From: a virus
Taxonomy: Duplodnaviria > Caudoviricetes
Length of the DNA stretch: 30,063 nt
Reading direction: 5' to 3' (one strand)
Virus record (IMG/VR): IMGVR_UViG_3300028585_000509
Coordinates: 1-30,063 of that record
Within the stretch, counting starts at the first letter, position 1, and each line of letters begins with the position of its first letter. The notes beneath the pieces are model-generated. The model worked only from the letters and a program-made list of their open reading frames with translations, did no database searches and was not told the origin of the DNA. This document shows positions 6,537-15,829 of the stretch, one piece after another. The position numbers were made by a program, and so were the translations under genes.

Positions 6537-8577
6537 AGCACAGTCTGATTTGTTACAGGGTGAATACCACGCCGTAAATAAAATGCGGCGTGAGTTCTTT
6601 GCGCCTGGCGCACCGCAGGGCATCACCCATACGGAACTTAAACTCTGGCATTGTGATTCCACCGATCATGGGTGGCGCAGCCAGTACCTGCATGATATTC
6701 CGGATTACCTGTCCGGATATTTTGGCCAGCGATATGAAACACTTCTAAAGTCACCTAAAGACGGTCGCCGCCGTGCCAATACGTTCTTACGCAACACTAT
6801 CGGTAAGAGCGTATTGCCACGTCTGAAACTTGTTAACGCAGCATGGCAGCGTGATTACTCAACCGGTATGCCTTCACCTTTCAAAGATAACCTTGATGAT
6901 CTGCCGGGCTATGACCGGGACCGTGTGCGTGATCTTGCTTATAACATTGCCAGTCACTTAGGCGAGGCTTTCCACTCCTGGGCAGAAATGACCGCGCCCG
7001 CCGATAAACCTGATGAAGACGAGCTGAAGCAGCGCACGGCTCAGGGTTATATATTTCTGGCGCAGGAAGCACTGAAATGCGGCACTACGCCGCCTTTCTG
7101 GCTGTCCGTTAAGAAGACCGGCAGGATTAAACGTCGCAACGCTGAAAGCGCGATTCTGCGCATGATGTCACCTGAATGGTGGCGTGTTCGTCTGCAGCGT
7201 CGTCGTGATCTGCACCGTGAGCATATGGCTATTGCCGTGGGGCAGGTCCAGAAGGCCGCCAGTCCCTACGTTTCACGCGGAACACTCGGAGAGTGGGCAG
7301 AACAGAAAAAGCGTAACCGCGAGTTTTTCAAAAAGTTTGATCTGATTAATGAGGATGGTGATCGAATTGCCCTGGCCGATATGGTCAACCGCAGCAATGC
7401 TAATCCTGCTATTCGCCGCTGTGAGTTAATGGCGCGTATGCGCGGGTTTGAAGATATCGCCAATCATGAAGGCTATGCCGGTGATTTTTACACCATCACT
7501 GCGCCGTCACGTTTTCACGCCGTACACAGCAAAGGTGGATTCGTTTCACAGTGGAACGGTGCTAACCCACGCGATACTCAAAAATATCTCTGTTCTGTCT
7601 GGGCAAAAATCCGGGCTGCGCTGTCCCGTGCCGATATCCACGTTTTCGGCTTTCGCGTTGTGGAACCGCATCACGATGGAACGCCACACTGGCACATGCT
7701 GCTTTTCATGCGTCCGGAACACGTGGACGAAGTGCGGGACATTATGTGTTACCACGCACGGATTGCTGACAGTGAAGAGCTGAACACAGAAAAGGCGGTA
7801 AAGGCGCGTTTTCACGTTGAGCCGATTGATCCCACCAAAGGGAGCGCAACGGGCTATATCGCGAAATACATTTCTAAAAACATCGACGGCTATGCGCTTG
7901 AGGATGAAAGCGACGGCGAAACGGGCGGAAACGCGCGCGAAATGGCAAAAGCCGTTTCAGCCTGGGCATCACGCTGGCGCATTCGCCAGTTTCAGCAGAT
8001 TGGCGGTGCGCCGGTAACGGTGTGGCGTGAACTGCGCAGGCTTGGAGATCAGCAGATTGAGCATCCGGAAATGGATGCGGTTCTGGCATCTGCAAGCGTG
8101 GCGGTAGACTGGGCTGCATACACGCAGGCGCAGGGTGGTCCGCTCGTTGCCCGGTGCGATCTGGTCGTGCGTCTGGCTTATGAAATTACCGAATGCGGCA
8201 ACGAGTACGGTGAAGACGTTCAGCGGGTGCAGGGGGTTTATTGTCCGCGCGCTTCCGGTTCGGAAGTGCCAACACGTCTGGTTAAGTGGGAAAAGGTCGC
8301 CAAACTGGCCGAAGCGTCAGCGGAGGCTGGCTTTTCTGGCGGCAACGCCGCCCCTTGGAGTTCTGTCAATAACTGTACGGGGCCGAAGCGCCGCAGGTTA
8401 GAAGTGGAGCTGAAATCCAGGGGTTTTGAGGGTAGTGATGAAGAAATTGACCGGCTATTAAGCGGGGCGGCGATCTCTTTCAGGGGGCATGGGCTTTTAA
8501 AGTATCAGGCGGAGCGGCTCATAGACGTTGCTGATACCAATGAAAACGAGTGCTGGCCGGGGTGGTCTTCGGGCTAA
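6523..8577 (+). CDS. P2 gpA-like rolling-circle replication endonuclease (start may be ATG 6529)
   Basis: FYTITAPSRFH, HUH motif EPHHDGTPHWH, twin tyrosines GYIAKYISKNIDG. Confidence 0.96.
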   Translation: MSMSEAQSDLLQGEYHAVNKMRREFFAPGAPQGITHTELKLWHCDSTDHGWRSQYLHDIPDYLSGYFGQRYETLLKSPKDGRRRANTFLRNTIGKSVLPRLKLVNAAWQRDYSTGMPSPFKDNLDDLPGYDRDRVRDLAYNIASHLGEAFHSWAEMTAPADKPDEDELKQRTAQGYIFLAQEALKCGTTPPFWLSVKKTGRIKRRNAESAILRMMSPEWWRVRLQRRRDLHREHMAIAVGQVQKAASPYVSRGTLGEWAEQKKRNREFFKKFDLINEDGDRIALADMVNRSNANPAIRRCELMARMRGFEDIANHEGYAGDFYTITAPSRFHAVHSKGGFVSQWNGANPRDTQKYLCSVWAKIRAALSRADIHVFGFRVVEPHHDGTPHWHMLLFMRPEHVDEVRDIMCYHARIADSEELNTEKAVKARFHVEPIDPTKGSATGYIAKYISKNIDGYALEDESDGETGGNAREMAKAVSAWASRWRIRQFQQIGGAPVTVWRELRRLGDQQIEHPEMDAVLASASVAVDWAAYTQAQGGPLVARCDLVVRLAYEITECGNEYGEDVQRVQGVYCPRASGSEVPTRLVKWEKVAKLAEASAEAGFSGGNAAPWSSVNNCTGPKRRRLEVELKSRGFEGSDEEIDRLLSGAAISFRGHGLLKYQAERLIDVADTNENECWPGWSSG
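8347..8380 (+). other. Rolling-circle origin (nick region) inside gpA
   Basis: CCCCTTGGAGTTCTGTCAATAACTGT resembles the P2/186 ori. Confidence 0.8.
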
Positions 8578-8648
8578 TTCAAGGTGTTAGCTCATGTTTA
8601 TAGTAGATAAATCCTAAAAAAATGATTCATATTACGTAATGAATATTA

Positions 8649-8668
8649 TACTGTATGGTTATACAGTA
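8649..8668. promoter_or_regulatory. LexA (SOS) box
   Basis: TACTGTATGGTTATACAGTA = CTGT-N8-ACAG, overlapping the likely -10. Confidence 0.92.
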
Positions 8669-8689
8669 TTTAATGTAAGGGAGGTTGAA

Positions 8690-8887
8690 ATGTCTGCGTC
8701 GTTAAGTCAGATAGTTAAGGTGGAACGGATTGATTTTATAGTGAAAATGATGACTCATTCACGTGTGGAAGATAAACGCCGCGCATTACTTGATGAATGG
8801 CTGGGTGAACTGACGGAAGACCTTTTAGCTGACCTAAAAAGCGAAGCGAGGAGAAACGCCCCAGTTAATGAGGGGCGTTCTTATTAA
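8690..8887 (+). CDS. Tum N-terminal-domain-like antirepressor, 65 aa
   Basis: AAGGGAGG RBS, ATG 8690, LexA box upstream, VERIDFIVKM similar to 186 Tum, position after gpA. Confidence 0.7.
   Translation: MSASLSQIVKVERIDFIVKMMTHSRVEDKRRALLDEWLGELTEDLLADLKSEARRNAPVNEGRSY
8854..8880. terminator. Hairpin at the tum/ogr convergence
   Basis: AACGCCCC-AGTTAATGA-GGGGCGTT. Confidence 0.6.
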
Positions 8888-9144
8888 GATGCCTGCAGAA
8901 GTTTTAACGTCAGCTGTTTTTGTTCTGCTGACATGCCGCTGATCACCTGCTGAATCAGTAAATCGCCTTTTTTGGCGCTAGGGCTGATTGTGTGGGAAAA
9001 CGTCAAATTCATAACAAAAGTATGTCCACATTCAACGTCTGCACATGAGCAATAAATATCAGCAATATCGCGATGTTTGCGATTTGTTTTACGGATGACC
9101 GCCTTTGATTTGCACTCTGGGCACTCAATTTTTAACACGCGCAT
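8884..9144 (-). CDS. ogr: Ogr/Delta-family zinc-finger late activator
   Basis: CPEC...YCSCADVECGHTF; GGAG RBS before ATG 9144. Confidence 0.92.
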   Translation of the reverse strand: MRVLKIECPECKSKAVIRKTNRKHRDIADIYCSCADVECGHTFVMNLTFSHTISPSAKKGDLLIQQVISGMSAEQKQLTLKLLQAS

Positions 9145-9194
9145 ATTTGCGGCTCCGGCGTTGTAAGTTTGCCTGGATTTTATCCGATTACGCC

Positions 9195-10226
9195 TCATGC
9201 CGCATCCTTGTTCTTTGATTGCTGGGCAAATTTCAGGTGAAGGTGTTCCGGAACTTCCGGATCACCGTTCACCGCCATCATCAGTCGGCGCTGGAGCGGG
9301 GCAACCTCGTTTTTCTTATAGGTGGCTTCCACCTTTTCCGGGTCACCCAGGCCGGAAGTGTTCTGCGGAATAATCCCTGCAAGGCCAGCCGGAAAGCGGT
9401 GCGCGTTCAGTACGTCCTGCGCGCTGATGTTCTTCACGTTGGCAAATTCATCTTTCGCGCCGATATCCCCCATCTGGATAAACTGCACGCCTTCCTTATC
9501 GCCGCCGGGGATGTTCACCAGAATAGTGCTGAAATTTCCGATCCCCTTGCTGTTGGCCAGCTGCTGCTCTATCTCTTCTTCAACTTCATCCGTCATGTTC
9601 GGGTCTGTGGTGTAGAGAATGCCGCCGGTGTGTGCACCGTTGTGATAATACCGGCGGCGGAAAATCACGGCTTCGCTGTTGAGAAGGGCGGAGTGAATGC
9701 CGCCGATATAATCCGGCAGGCCGTAAATCTGCTGCTGCGGGTCATACATCCGGATAAAAATCACATCCTCTTCAGCGTAAACCAGCGGTTCACCCTGCTG
9801 CAGCACCACAAATTCACCGTCCTTGCGGCGGCGCATATACAGGCCGGGCATGGGTTCCAGCGCAACCACGTCGCCCCAGCCGTTGCGGATTTTTACAAGC
9901 CCCAGATCCCCGAACGTCAGCAAATCCATCGCGCCAGCCTCAAGGCTGTCGAACGTCAGACCGCCGCCCAGATAATCCGACAGCACCATGTTTTTGCGCG
10001 CGTGGAGGATGCCGCCGTGCTGGCCATTGAGGTTAACCAGCTGCGCCAGTGCAAGGCGGTCAATAGGCAGACTGTAGTGATCAAAATCGTTGTCATACCA
10101 CACATCGCGATAATCGGTGCCGGTGGTCAGGACAGGTTCAGGCGCGCCGAAGCGCAGCACGGACATTTTGCGCTTACCTGCCGCCTGCTGTGCGCCGCTG
10201 GCGCGTTGCTTGTATCGTTTTTTCAT
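9195..10226 (-). CDS. Portal protein (P2 gpQ/PBSX family)
   Basis: QQIYGLPDY, FRRRYYHNGAHTG, AHRFPAGLAGIIP; ATGA coupling with terminase. Confidence 0.95.
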   Translation of the reverse strand: MKKRYKQRASGAQQAAGKRKMSVLRFGAPEPVLTTGTDYRDVWYDNDFDHYSLPIDRLALAQLVNLNGQHGGILHARKNMVLSDYLGGGLTFDSLEAGAMDLLTFGDLGLVKIRNGWGDVVALEPMPGLYMRRRKDGEFVVLQQGEPLVYAEEDVIFIRMYDPQQQIYGLPDYIGGIHSALLNSEAVIFRRRYYHNGAHTGGILYTTDPNMTDEVEEEIEQQLANSKGIGNFSTILVNIPGGDKEGVQFIQMGDIGAKDEFANVKNISAQDVLNAHRFPAGLAGIIPQNTSGLGDPEKVEATYKKNEVAPLQRRLMMAVNGDPEVPEHLHLKFAQQSKNKDAA

Positions 10227-12004
10227 GCTGCCTTCTGAAACTTCCATTTGGATTTAGGTTTGTGCTCGTAGTTGAGCGGCTCGTTGTCCAGACCGTGCAT
10301 AATTGCCCAGGCTGCCTCTGCGTGGCCGGTTTCTGCTGTTCGGTCAGCGACGAAGGTCACTGCGCTGCCTGATTTTGTGACGGCGCGCCGGATAGACATG
10401 AACGACGCGGCCACCTCTTTCAGGTCCGCATCCCATTCAATGCGTCCGCTTTCAATGACGTCTGCCGCTTTAAGTACCAGGCGATTTTTAGTGCTCAGGT
10501 CGTAGCGGATAGGTTTCAGCACGCGCATGGCAAAGGGGTGGATGTTGTCATAAACGCCCTGGCCGATGCCGGTCACGTCTACGCCCAGATAGGTGAAGTT
10601 GTACTGGGAAAAAAGCTTTTTGATCTCGCTGGCCTGATGTCGGAAGTTCATGCCGCGCCAGTTAATGATCGCCAGCACGCGGAACTTCTCACCGCCCAGC
10701 ACCGGCGGGGCCATAATCACGAAGGTTGAAAGGTCGCCGGAACGGGCAGGGTCATAACCGCCCCAGACCGGACGATCGCCAAACGGGCGGCGCCCTTTCG
10801 GGTCGTGGTCCTGCCAGAACGTGATATCCGTGCCGCATTTTTCCAGGTCGGAAAAGCTGAATACCGCGTCCTTACTGTCAACGAAGACGCACATGTACAG
10901 CATATCGAAAGTGTCTTTGCTGTAGCGGTTGCGCAGCTTGTCGATGCTGGCGAGGTTAAAGCCGTTGGCAATGGCGTCTTCCATCGTAATGACGTAGCGC
11001 CACTGGCCATCGGGGCAGAGGCGTCCGCCGTCGCGCATGGCGTTAAACGTGGGGAACACCACGGCGGCGCGCTTCTTACTACCTTTTTTCCACTCTTCGC
11101 CGGTCCAGAACGGGTAAGCCTGGTGCGTTTTGGCTGAGGGCGTTGAAAAGTAGGTGGTGCGCCATTTGTCGTGTGTGGCCATCGCAGACGCCACTTCATT
11201 CAGTCGCGCGAAGTTTGGAACCCAGAAATATTCGTCACAGTAGAGGTGGCCGCTGTATGACTGCGCCGTGTTCATGTTCGTGGACAGAAATCGCAGCTCT
11301 GCGCCGTTGCTCAGGCGGATAGGGTTGCCGGTCAGCGTGATGCCGAAGTATTCCTGTGCAATGTTGACGATATATGAGCGGAAAACCTCCGCCTGCGCGC
11401 GCGAAGCGGAAAGGAAAATCTGCGGATCACCGGTCAGCACAGCATTTTCAAACGCCTCAAAAGCAAAATACCAGGTCGCACCGATCTGGCGGCTTTTGAG
11501 GATGTTACGCACCTGCTGGCTGATGTTCAGGCGAAGGTGTTTCTGGTAGCCAAACAGGTGTTCTTCAGCCCATGCGTTCAGGTCGTCTTCCGTCAATCCG
11601 GACACGTCATTTTTGTTGTATTTACGCTTACCGCGCGGCTGTTCGCTTTCCTCATCGCTGCTACCGATGCCGCCGCCAGTGGATGCCGGGCGCGCGGCGG
11701 CCAGTTTCTCTTTGTGTTTGTTGTGCTGTGCGCGCAGCTTTACCGCATGGGCAATCAGCTGGTCCAGTTCTTTCAGTTCCAGTTCTGTTTTGCCGTCGCG
11801 TCCGGTCAGCAGCTGGATGCGGCGCTCTATCGCATCTTCCGTGCTTTCATGACTGAGCATATCTGCCCAGCCTTCCTTTTCCGCCCAGTAGTAAATAATC
11901 CGCGTATTCGGCAGATTTAATTCACTGGCAATTTCCTTCGGCGTATACCGCCTTAAATACAGGGCGCGCGCAACGCCGCGTAATTCATCACTGTATTTAG
12001 CCAT
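10223..12004 (-). CDS. Terminase ATPase subunit (P2 gpP-like)
   Basis: LKSRQIGATWYFA, LYCDEYFW, FSTPS, GYDPARSGD. Confidence 0.96.
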   Translation of the reverse strand: MAKYSDELRGVARALYLRRYTPKEIASELNLPNTRIIYYWAEKEGWADMLSHESTEDAIERRIQLLTGRDGKTELELKELDQLIAHAVKLRAQHNKHKEKLAAARPASTGGGIGSSDEESEQPRGKRKYNKNDVSGLTEDDLNAWAEEHLFGYQKHLRLNISQQVRNILKSRQIGATWYFAFEAFENAVLTGDPQIFLSASRAQAEVFRSYIVNIAQEYFGITLTGNPIRLSNGAELRFLSTNMNTAQSYSGHLYCDEYFWVPNFARLNEVASAMATHDKWRTTYFSTPSAKTHQAYPFWTGEEWKKGSKKRAAVVFPTFNAMRDGGRLCPDGQWRYVITMEDAIANGFNLASIDKLRNRYSKDTFDMLYMCVFVDSKDAVFSFSDLEKCGTDITFWQDHDPKGRRPFGDRPVWGGYDPARSGDLSTFVIMAPPVLGGEKFRVLAIINWRGMNFRHQASEIKKLFSQYNFTYLGVDVTGIGQGVYDNIHPFAMRVLKPIRYDLSTKNRLVLKAADVIESGRIEWDADLKEVAASFMSIRRAVTKSGSAVTFVADRTAETGHAEAAWAIMHGLDNEPLNYEHKPKSKWKFQKAA

Positions 12005-12038
12005 CCGATATTTTCATTCCTTTATGTGTCTGATGGAT

Positions 12039-12158
12039 ATTATGCCGGTGAGAAGTAAATAAAAATCCCGCTTTGATTCTTTATGGTTCGTCTAATTGCC
12101 TTTATCCGAACACAGCAGAATTTGTCAGGGTGCGGCAGGCGTTTAATTCATTAATAAT
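12039..12158. promoter_or_regulatory. Divergent late promoters with a central dyad (candidate Ogr site)
   Basis: GTTCG-N16-CGAAC at 12086-12111 is centred between leftward CATAAT (12044-12039) and rightward AATAAT (12153-12158). Confidence 0.5.
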
Positions 12159-12189
12159 GGCTCTGCTGTTACGGAGGGCAGGGAAATAT

Positions 12190-13014
12190 ATGTCGCAGTT
12201 ATGCACTGACTGGCTGTGTATTGCCACCGAGGGAGATACGGTTGACCGCCGGGAATTAAAACGGGAATGGTTGATTGATGCTGCTGAAACATATGACCCT
12301 GAATTATACGCCGCACTTATTTGGCCGGAGCATGAGCGCTATTACGGAAATGGGGGCAGCGTAAAAGAGGTGATGTGGCAGGAAGGCGATGACGGACTGG
12401 TAAGGCTTTACGCAAAAATCAGTCCGAATATGAGCCTGATTGAAGCCAATAAACGCGATCAGCTTCTTTATTTTTCGGTAGAACTTACCGAAGACGGAAA
12501 CTTTCGCGGCACAGGGCGCAGCTATCTCGAAGGGCTGGCGGCAACGGACTCGCCTGCCAGCGTGGGCACTTCACGTATGCGCTTTAGCCAGCGCAAAAAA
12601 ATCAAACCCGGCTGCTATCGCTATAAGTTTGGCCGGAATGGAAAAGTGGATGGAAAAGTGGAACAGGAAACAAAAATGAAAAACTGGCAAAAACTGTTTG
12701 GCATTCAGCCGAAAAAATTCGCTGAAGATGATGTGACTACTGATGCGCCGGAAAACAGCGACAAATTACAGGCGCTGGCTGAAGCCCTGAATAATCTGGA
12801 AGGCCGTGTGTCTGCAATTGAAACGCAGCTGGCTTCCACGCAGGAAGATGTGGACACCATCGCCGAAGTGGTGGATACGCAGGAATTTGCCACGCTGCGT
12901 GAAAATATCGGGGCAGTCATTAAAAACTTTGGAAAGCTGGATAATAAAATCACGCAGCTGCCTAAGCACAAACGCGGTGAAAAGCCGGAAAGCCGTAAAT
13001 TTAAATTTCTGTGA
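12190..13014 (+). CDS. Capsid scaffold/protease (P2 gpO-like)
   Basis: WLCIATEGDTVDRR, YLEGLAATDSPASVGT; coiled-coil C-terminus. Confidence 0.93.
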   Translation: MSQLCTDWLCIATEGDTVDRRELKREWLIDAAETYDPELYAALIWPEHERYYGNGGSVKEVMWQEGDDGLVRLYAKISPNMSLIEANKRDQLLYFSVELTEDGNFRGTGRSYLEGLAATDSPASVGTSRMRFSQRKKIKPGCYRYKFGRNGKVDGKVEQETKMKNWQKLFGIQPKKFAEDDVTTDAPENSDKLQALAEALNNLEGRVSAIETQLASTQEDVDTIAEVVDTQEFATLRENIGAVIKNFGKLDNKITQLPKHKRGEKPESRKFKFL

Positions 13015-13069
13015 TTCCACTGCTGCTGGGAAAAAACATTAATTCGCAACTAAAGCGAGAGGATTATTT

Positions 13070-14089
13070 ATGCAGTTAAACCAGAAAGCGGCACAGTTTA
13101 TTGACGCGTATGCTGCCGGACTCGCGCAGCATTACAACGTTAATAATCCGTCCCGCGCCTTCAAGCTGACCGATCCGCAGGAAACCAGCCTGCGCGCTGC
13201 GCTGCTGGAGTCAGTGCAATTTCTTGACCTGATTACCGTCGCTGACGTTGACCAGCTAAGTGGGCAGGTCGTATCAGTGGGCGCATCCGCGTTGCACACC
13301 GGACGTAAGGCGGACGGACGTTTTATCCGCCGCGTGGGCGTTGATGGCAATGATTACAAGCTGGTTGAAACCGATTCGTGTGCCGCGCTGAAATGGGATT
13401 TGCTTTCAGTCTGGGCTAACGCCGGTGATGAAAATGAGTTCTTCCAGCTGGTTCAGACGTTTTCCAATCAGGCGTTTGCGCTGGACATGCTGCGTATCGG
13501 CTTTAACGGCAAAGAGGTGGTGGCGACAACCGATCCGGAGAAAAACCCGAACGGCGAAGACGTGAACATTGGCTGGCATCAGCGAATGCACGACTTTAAC
13601 GACGGCTTCCAGATTATGACCGATAAGGTCAGCCTGGACGATGCCGGTGATTATCACTCGCTGGATGCGATGGCCTCTGACCTGATTAACACCAAAATTC
13701 CGGCGCAGTTCCGTAACGATCCGCGTCTGGTGGTGCTGGTCGGGGCCGATCTGGTCGCGGCGGAGCAATACCGCCTGTATCAGAAGGCGGACCGGCCCAC
13801 GGAGAAAATCGCCGCGCAGATGCTGGGCAGCACCATTGCCGGGCGCACCGCGATTATCCCGCCGTTTATGCCGGGCAAGCGCATGGTGGTCACGCCACTG
13901 TCAAACCTGCACATCTACACGCAGCGCGGCACGCGTCAGCGTAAAGCAGAGTTTGTGGAAGACCGTAAACAGTACGAAAACAAATACCTGCGCAATGAAG
14001 GTTACGCCGTTGAGGTGCCGGAGCTGTACGCGGCCATTGACGAAGATGCGGTGACCATCGGCAAGGTAACCGAACCGGAAGAGGGCTGA
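13070..14089 (+). CDS. Major capsid protein (P2 gpN-like)
   Basis: ALDMLRIGFNG, NPNGEDVNIGW, YLRNEGYAVE. Confidence 0.96.
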   Translation: MQLNQKAAQFIDAYAAGLAQHYNVNNPSRAFKLTDPQETSLRAALLESVQFLDLITVADVDQLSGQVVSVGASALHTGRKADGRFIRRVGVDGNDYKLVETDSCAALKWDLLSVWANAGDENEFFQLVQTFSNQAFALDMLRIGFNGKEVVATTDPEKNPNGEDVNIGWHQRMHDFNDGFQIMTDKVSLDDAGDYHSLDAMASDLINTKIPAQFRNDPRLVVLVGADLVAAEQYRLYQKADRPTEKIAAQMLGSTIAGRTAIIPPFMPGKRMVVTPLSNLHIYTQRGTRQRKAEFVEDRKQYENKYLRNEGYAVEVPELYAAIDEDAVTIGKVTEPEEG

Positions 14090-14091
14090 TC

Positions 14092-14793
14092 ATGAGCCTT
14101 TCACCCGCACAGCGACACAGCCAGCGCGTGACCATGCAGCAGCAGCAGGCGCGGCTTGAGGAAGTGAACAGCACGGCCAGTCTTCACCTGCAGATGCAGG
14201 AAATCATGGAAGACGTGGCGGTATTACGCAGCCTCGATATGACGGCGGAGCGCGTGGCCATGAAGCGTGATGTGCTGCTGCCGAAGTGGATGCCCACGGT
14301 AGAAAGCTATCTCGAACTGGGCCGCGTGTATGCCAATCCGGTATTCGCGTATTGCGTCGTCTGGCTGTTTGACGTGGGCGAGTTCGATCAGGCGCTGGAC
14401 TGGGCAGACATTGCCATTGAGCAGGAGCAGGCAACGCCAGAGAACATCAAATCGCGATTCCCGGCCTTTGTGGCCGATCAGATGATGAACTGGGCGGAGC
14501 AGGCAAGCCAGGCGGGTGAAGACTTGGAGCCATATTTCTCGCGGACGTTTGAGAACGTCACGCAGCGCTGGCGGCTGCACGAGGAAATCACCGCCAAATG
14601 GTTCAAATTCGCGGGGCTGCTGCTGCTGCGTGATGAATCAGGACAGGCGCGGGCGGCGGCGTCAGATAGCGTCGAAACGCTGTCTGAGGCTGACCGGCTG
14701 CTGGCGGCCGCCGAGGCGAAGTATCACAAGGCAGGCGTAGGCACGATGCGCAAGACAATTGCGGCGCGCATCCGGGCGCTTACGGCTGAATAA
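14092..14793 (+). CDS. Terminase endonuclease subunit (P2 gpM-like)
   Basis: LSPAQRH, VWLFDVGEFDQAL; synteny. Confidence 0.9.
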   Translation: MSLSPAQRHSQRVTMQQQQARLEEVNSTASLHLQMQEIMEDVAVLRSLDMTAERVAMKRDVLLPKWMPTVESYLELGRVYANPVFAYCVVWLFDVGEFDQALDWADIAIEQEQATPENIKSRFPAFVADQMMNWAEQASQAGEDLEPYFSRTFENVTQRWRLHEEITAKWFKFAGLLLLRDESGQARAAASDSVETLSEADRLLAAAEAKYHKAGVGTMRKTIAARIRALTAE

Positions 14794-14888
14794 CGACTAC
14801 CGCAAGCCGGGTGGGCGCGGATGAGGGCAGAACACGCAGTGTAATGCGCCGTGGATTCCGGTCAGCCCACCTTTTTACGGGGGATTTT

Positions 14889-15341
14889 ATGTTCAGTGGC
14901 AAGCCGATTGAGTACCAGGACAGCCCGCTGACCAATGACGGATTCTGGCCGGATATGAACCTGTCAGACTTCCAGCGCAGCCGCAGTATTCCGGCTGACG
15001 TGGACGCGGAGACAGTGGCCAATGCGCTGCTTACGGCGGCAGCGGAGGTAAACAGCGGGCTTGCCGGTGTGCAGAAAAAGCACAGGGCGGCAGGATATCA
15101 GACCGCTGCTGACGTGCCGGGGGTCAGCATGAACGGCATCAGTCAGCTGGCGGCGCAGTACAAAAAAGCGGTGTATGCCAGGGCAAAAGCGGACCTTATG
15201 GGTGAGTTCGCGTCAGTTGGCCGCCGCGAGTCGCATCCGGGACAGGAGAGCGAAGAAACACGCAAGGGATTGCTGGCGGAGGCGTCAGTGACTATCCGCC
15301 TGATTAAAGGGCTTAAGCGCGCCACGGTGAGGCAGGTATGA
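14889..15341 (+). CDS. Head completion protein (P2 gpL-like)
   Basis: NDGFWPD, YKKAVYARAKADL; synteny. Confidence 0.88.
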   Translation: MFSGKPIEYQDSPLTNDGFWPDMNLSDFQRSRSIPADVDAETVANALLTAAAEVNSGLAGVQKKHRAAGYQTAADVPGVSMNGISQLAAQYKKAVYARAKADLMGEFASVGRRESHPGQESEETRKGLLAEASVTIRLIKGLKRATVRQV

Positions 15342-15829
15342 GCAGAGAGAGTCAGCTTGAATCACTGACCAGCTTCATTAAGTCAGCAATGCCGCAGCGT
15401 GCCATGCAGTCATTTACCAGCGAAATGACGGGGCTAAAAACTATCCCCGCAGCGCGTGATATGGGGCTGGGGCAGGTGCAGCTTTCGGTGATCCGCTATG
15501 ACGCAGAGCTTATCTGGGAGCGCTTCCCGTACCGTGAGTGCGATCCGCGTCTTTTGATGGCGCTGCTGGACGTTTGGCTGGCGATTGACACGCATGACCG
15601 GCAGTTATTAAGCCAGGTCGGCATCACCAATGCCGATCCCGACTGGGACATTGGACTGATTGACGAGGAAACCGCGATTGTGACCGTTACTGTGCCGATG
15701 GCGGAACGGCTGATTATTGTGCCGGATGAAAACGGGCAGATTCCGTATCAGGGCGGGCGTTACCGGCTGGCCGATCCGGAAATCTGGACGGCGCTGAGCG
15801 CGACGATTTACACGGAGGTGGATGAGTGA
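15338..15829 (+). CDS. Tail completion protein (gpR-like)
   Basis: ATGA coupling; position between gpL and gpS. Confidence 0.7.
   Translation: MSRESQLESLTSFIKSAMPQRAMQSFTSEMTGLKTIPAARDMGLGQVQLSVIRYDAELIWERFPYRECDPRLLMALLDVWLAIDTHDRQLLSQVGITNADPDWDIGLIDEETAIVTVTVPMAERLIIVPDENGQIPYQGGRYRLADPEIWTALSATIYTEVDE

Noticed and set aside
8639-8689. Upstream start for the Tum-like ORF
   Set aside because: Would translate through the LexA box; the strong RBS points to 8690
9219-10238. 339-aa ORF antisense to the portal
   Set aside because: In-register shadow ORF expected from codon bias; no protein motifs
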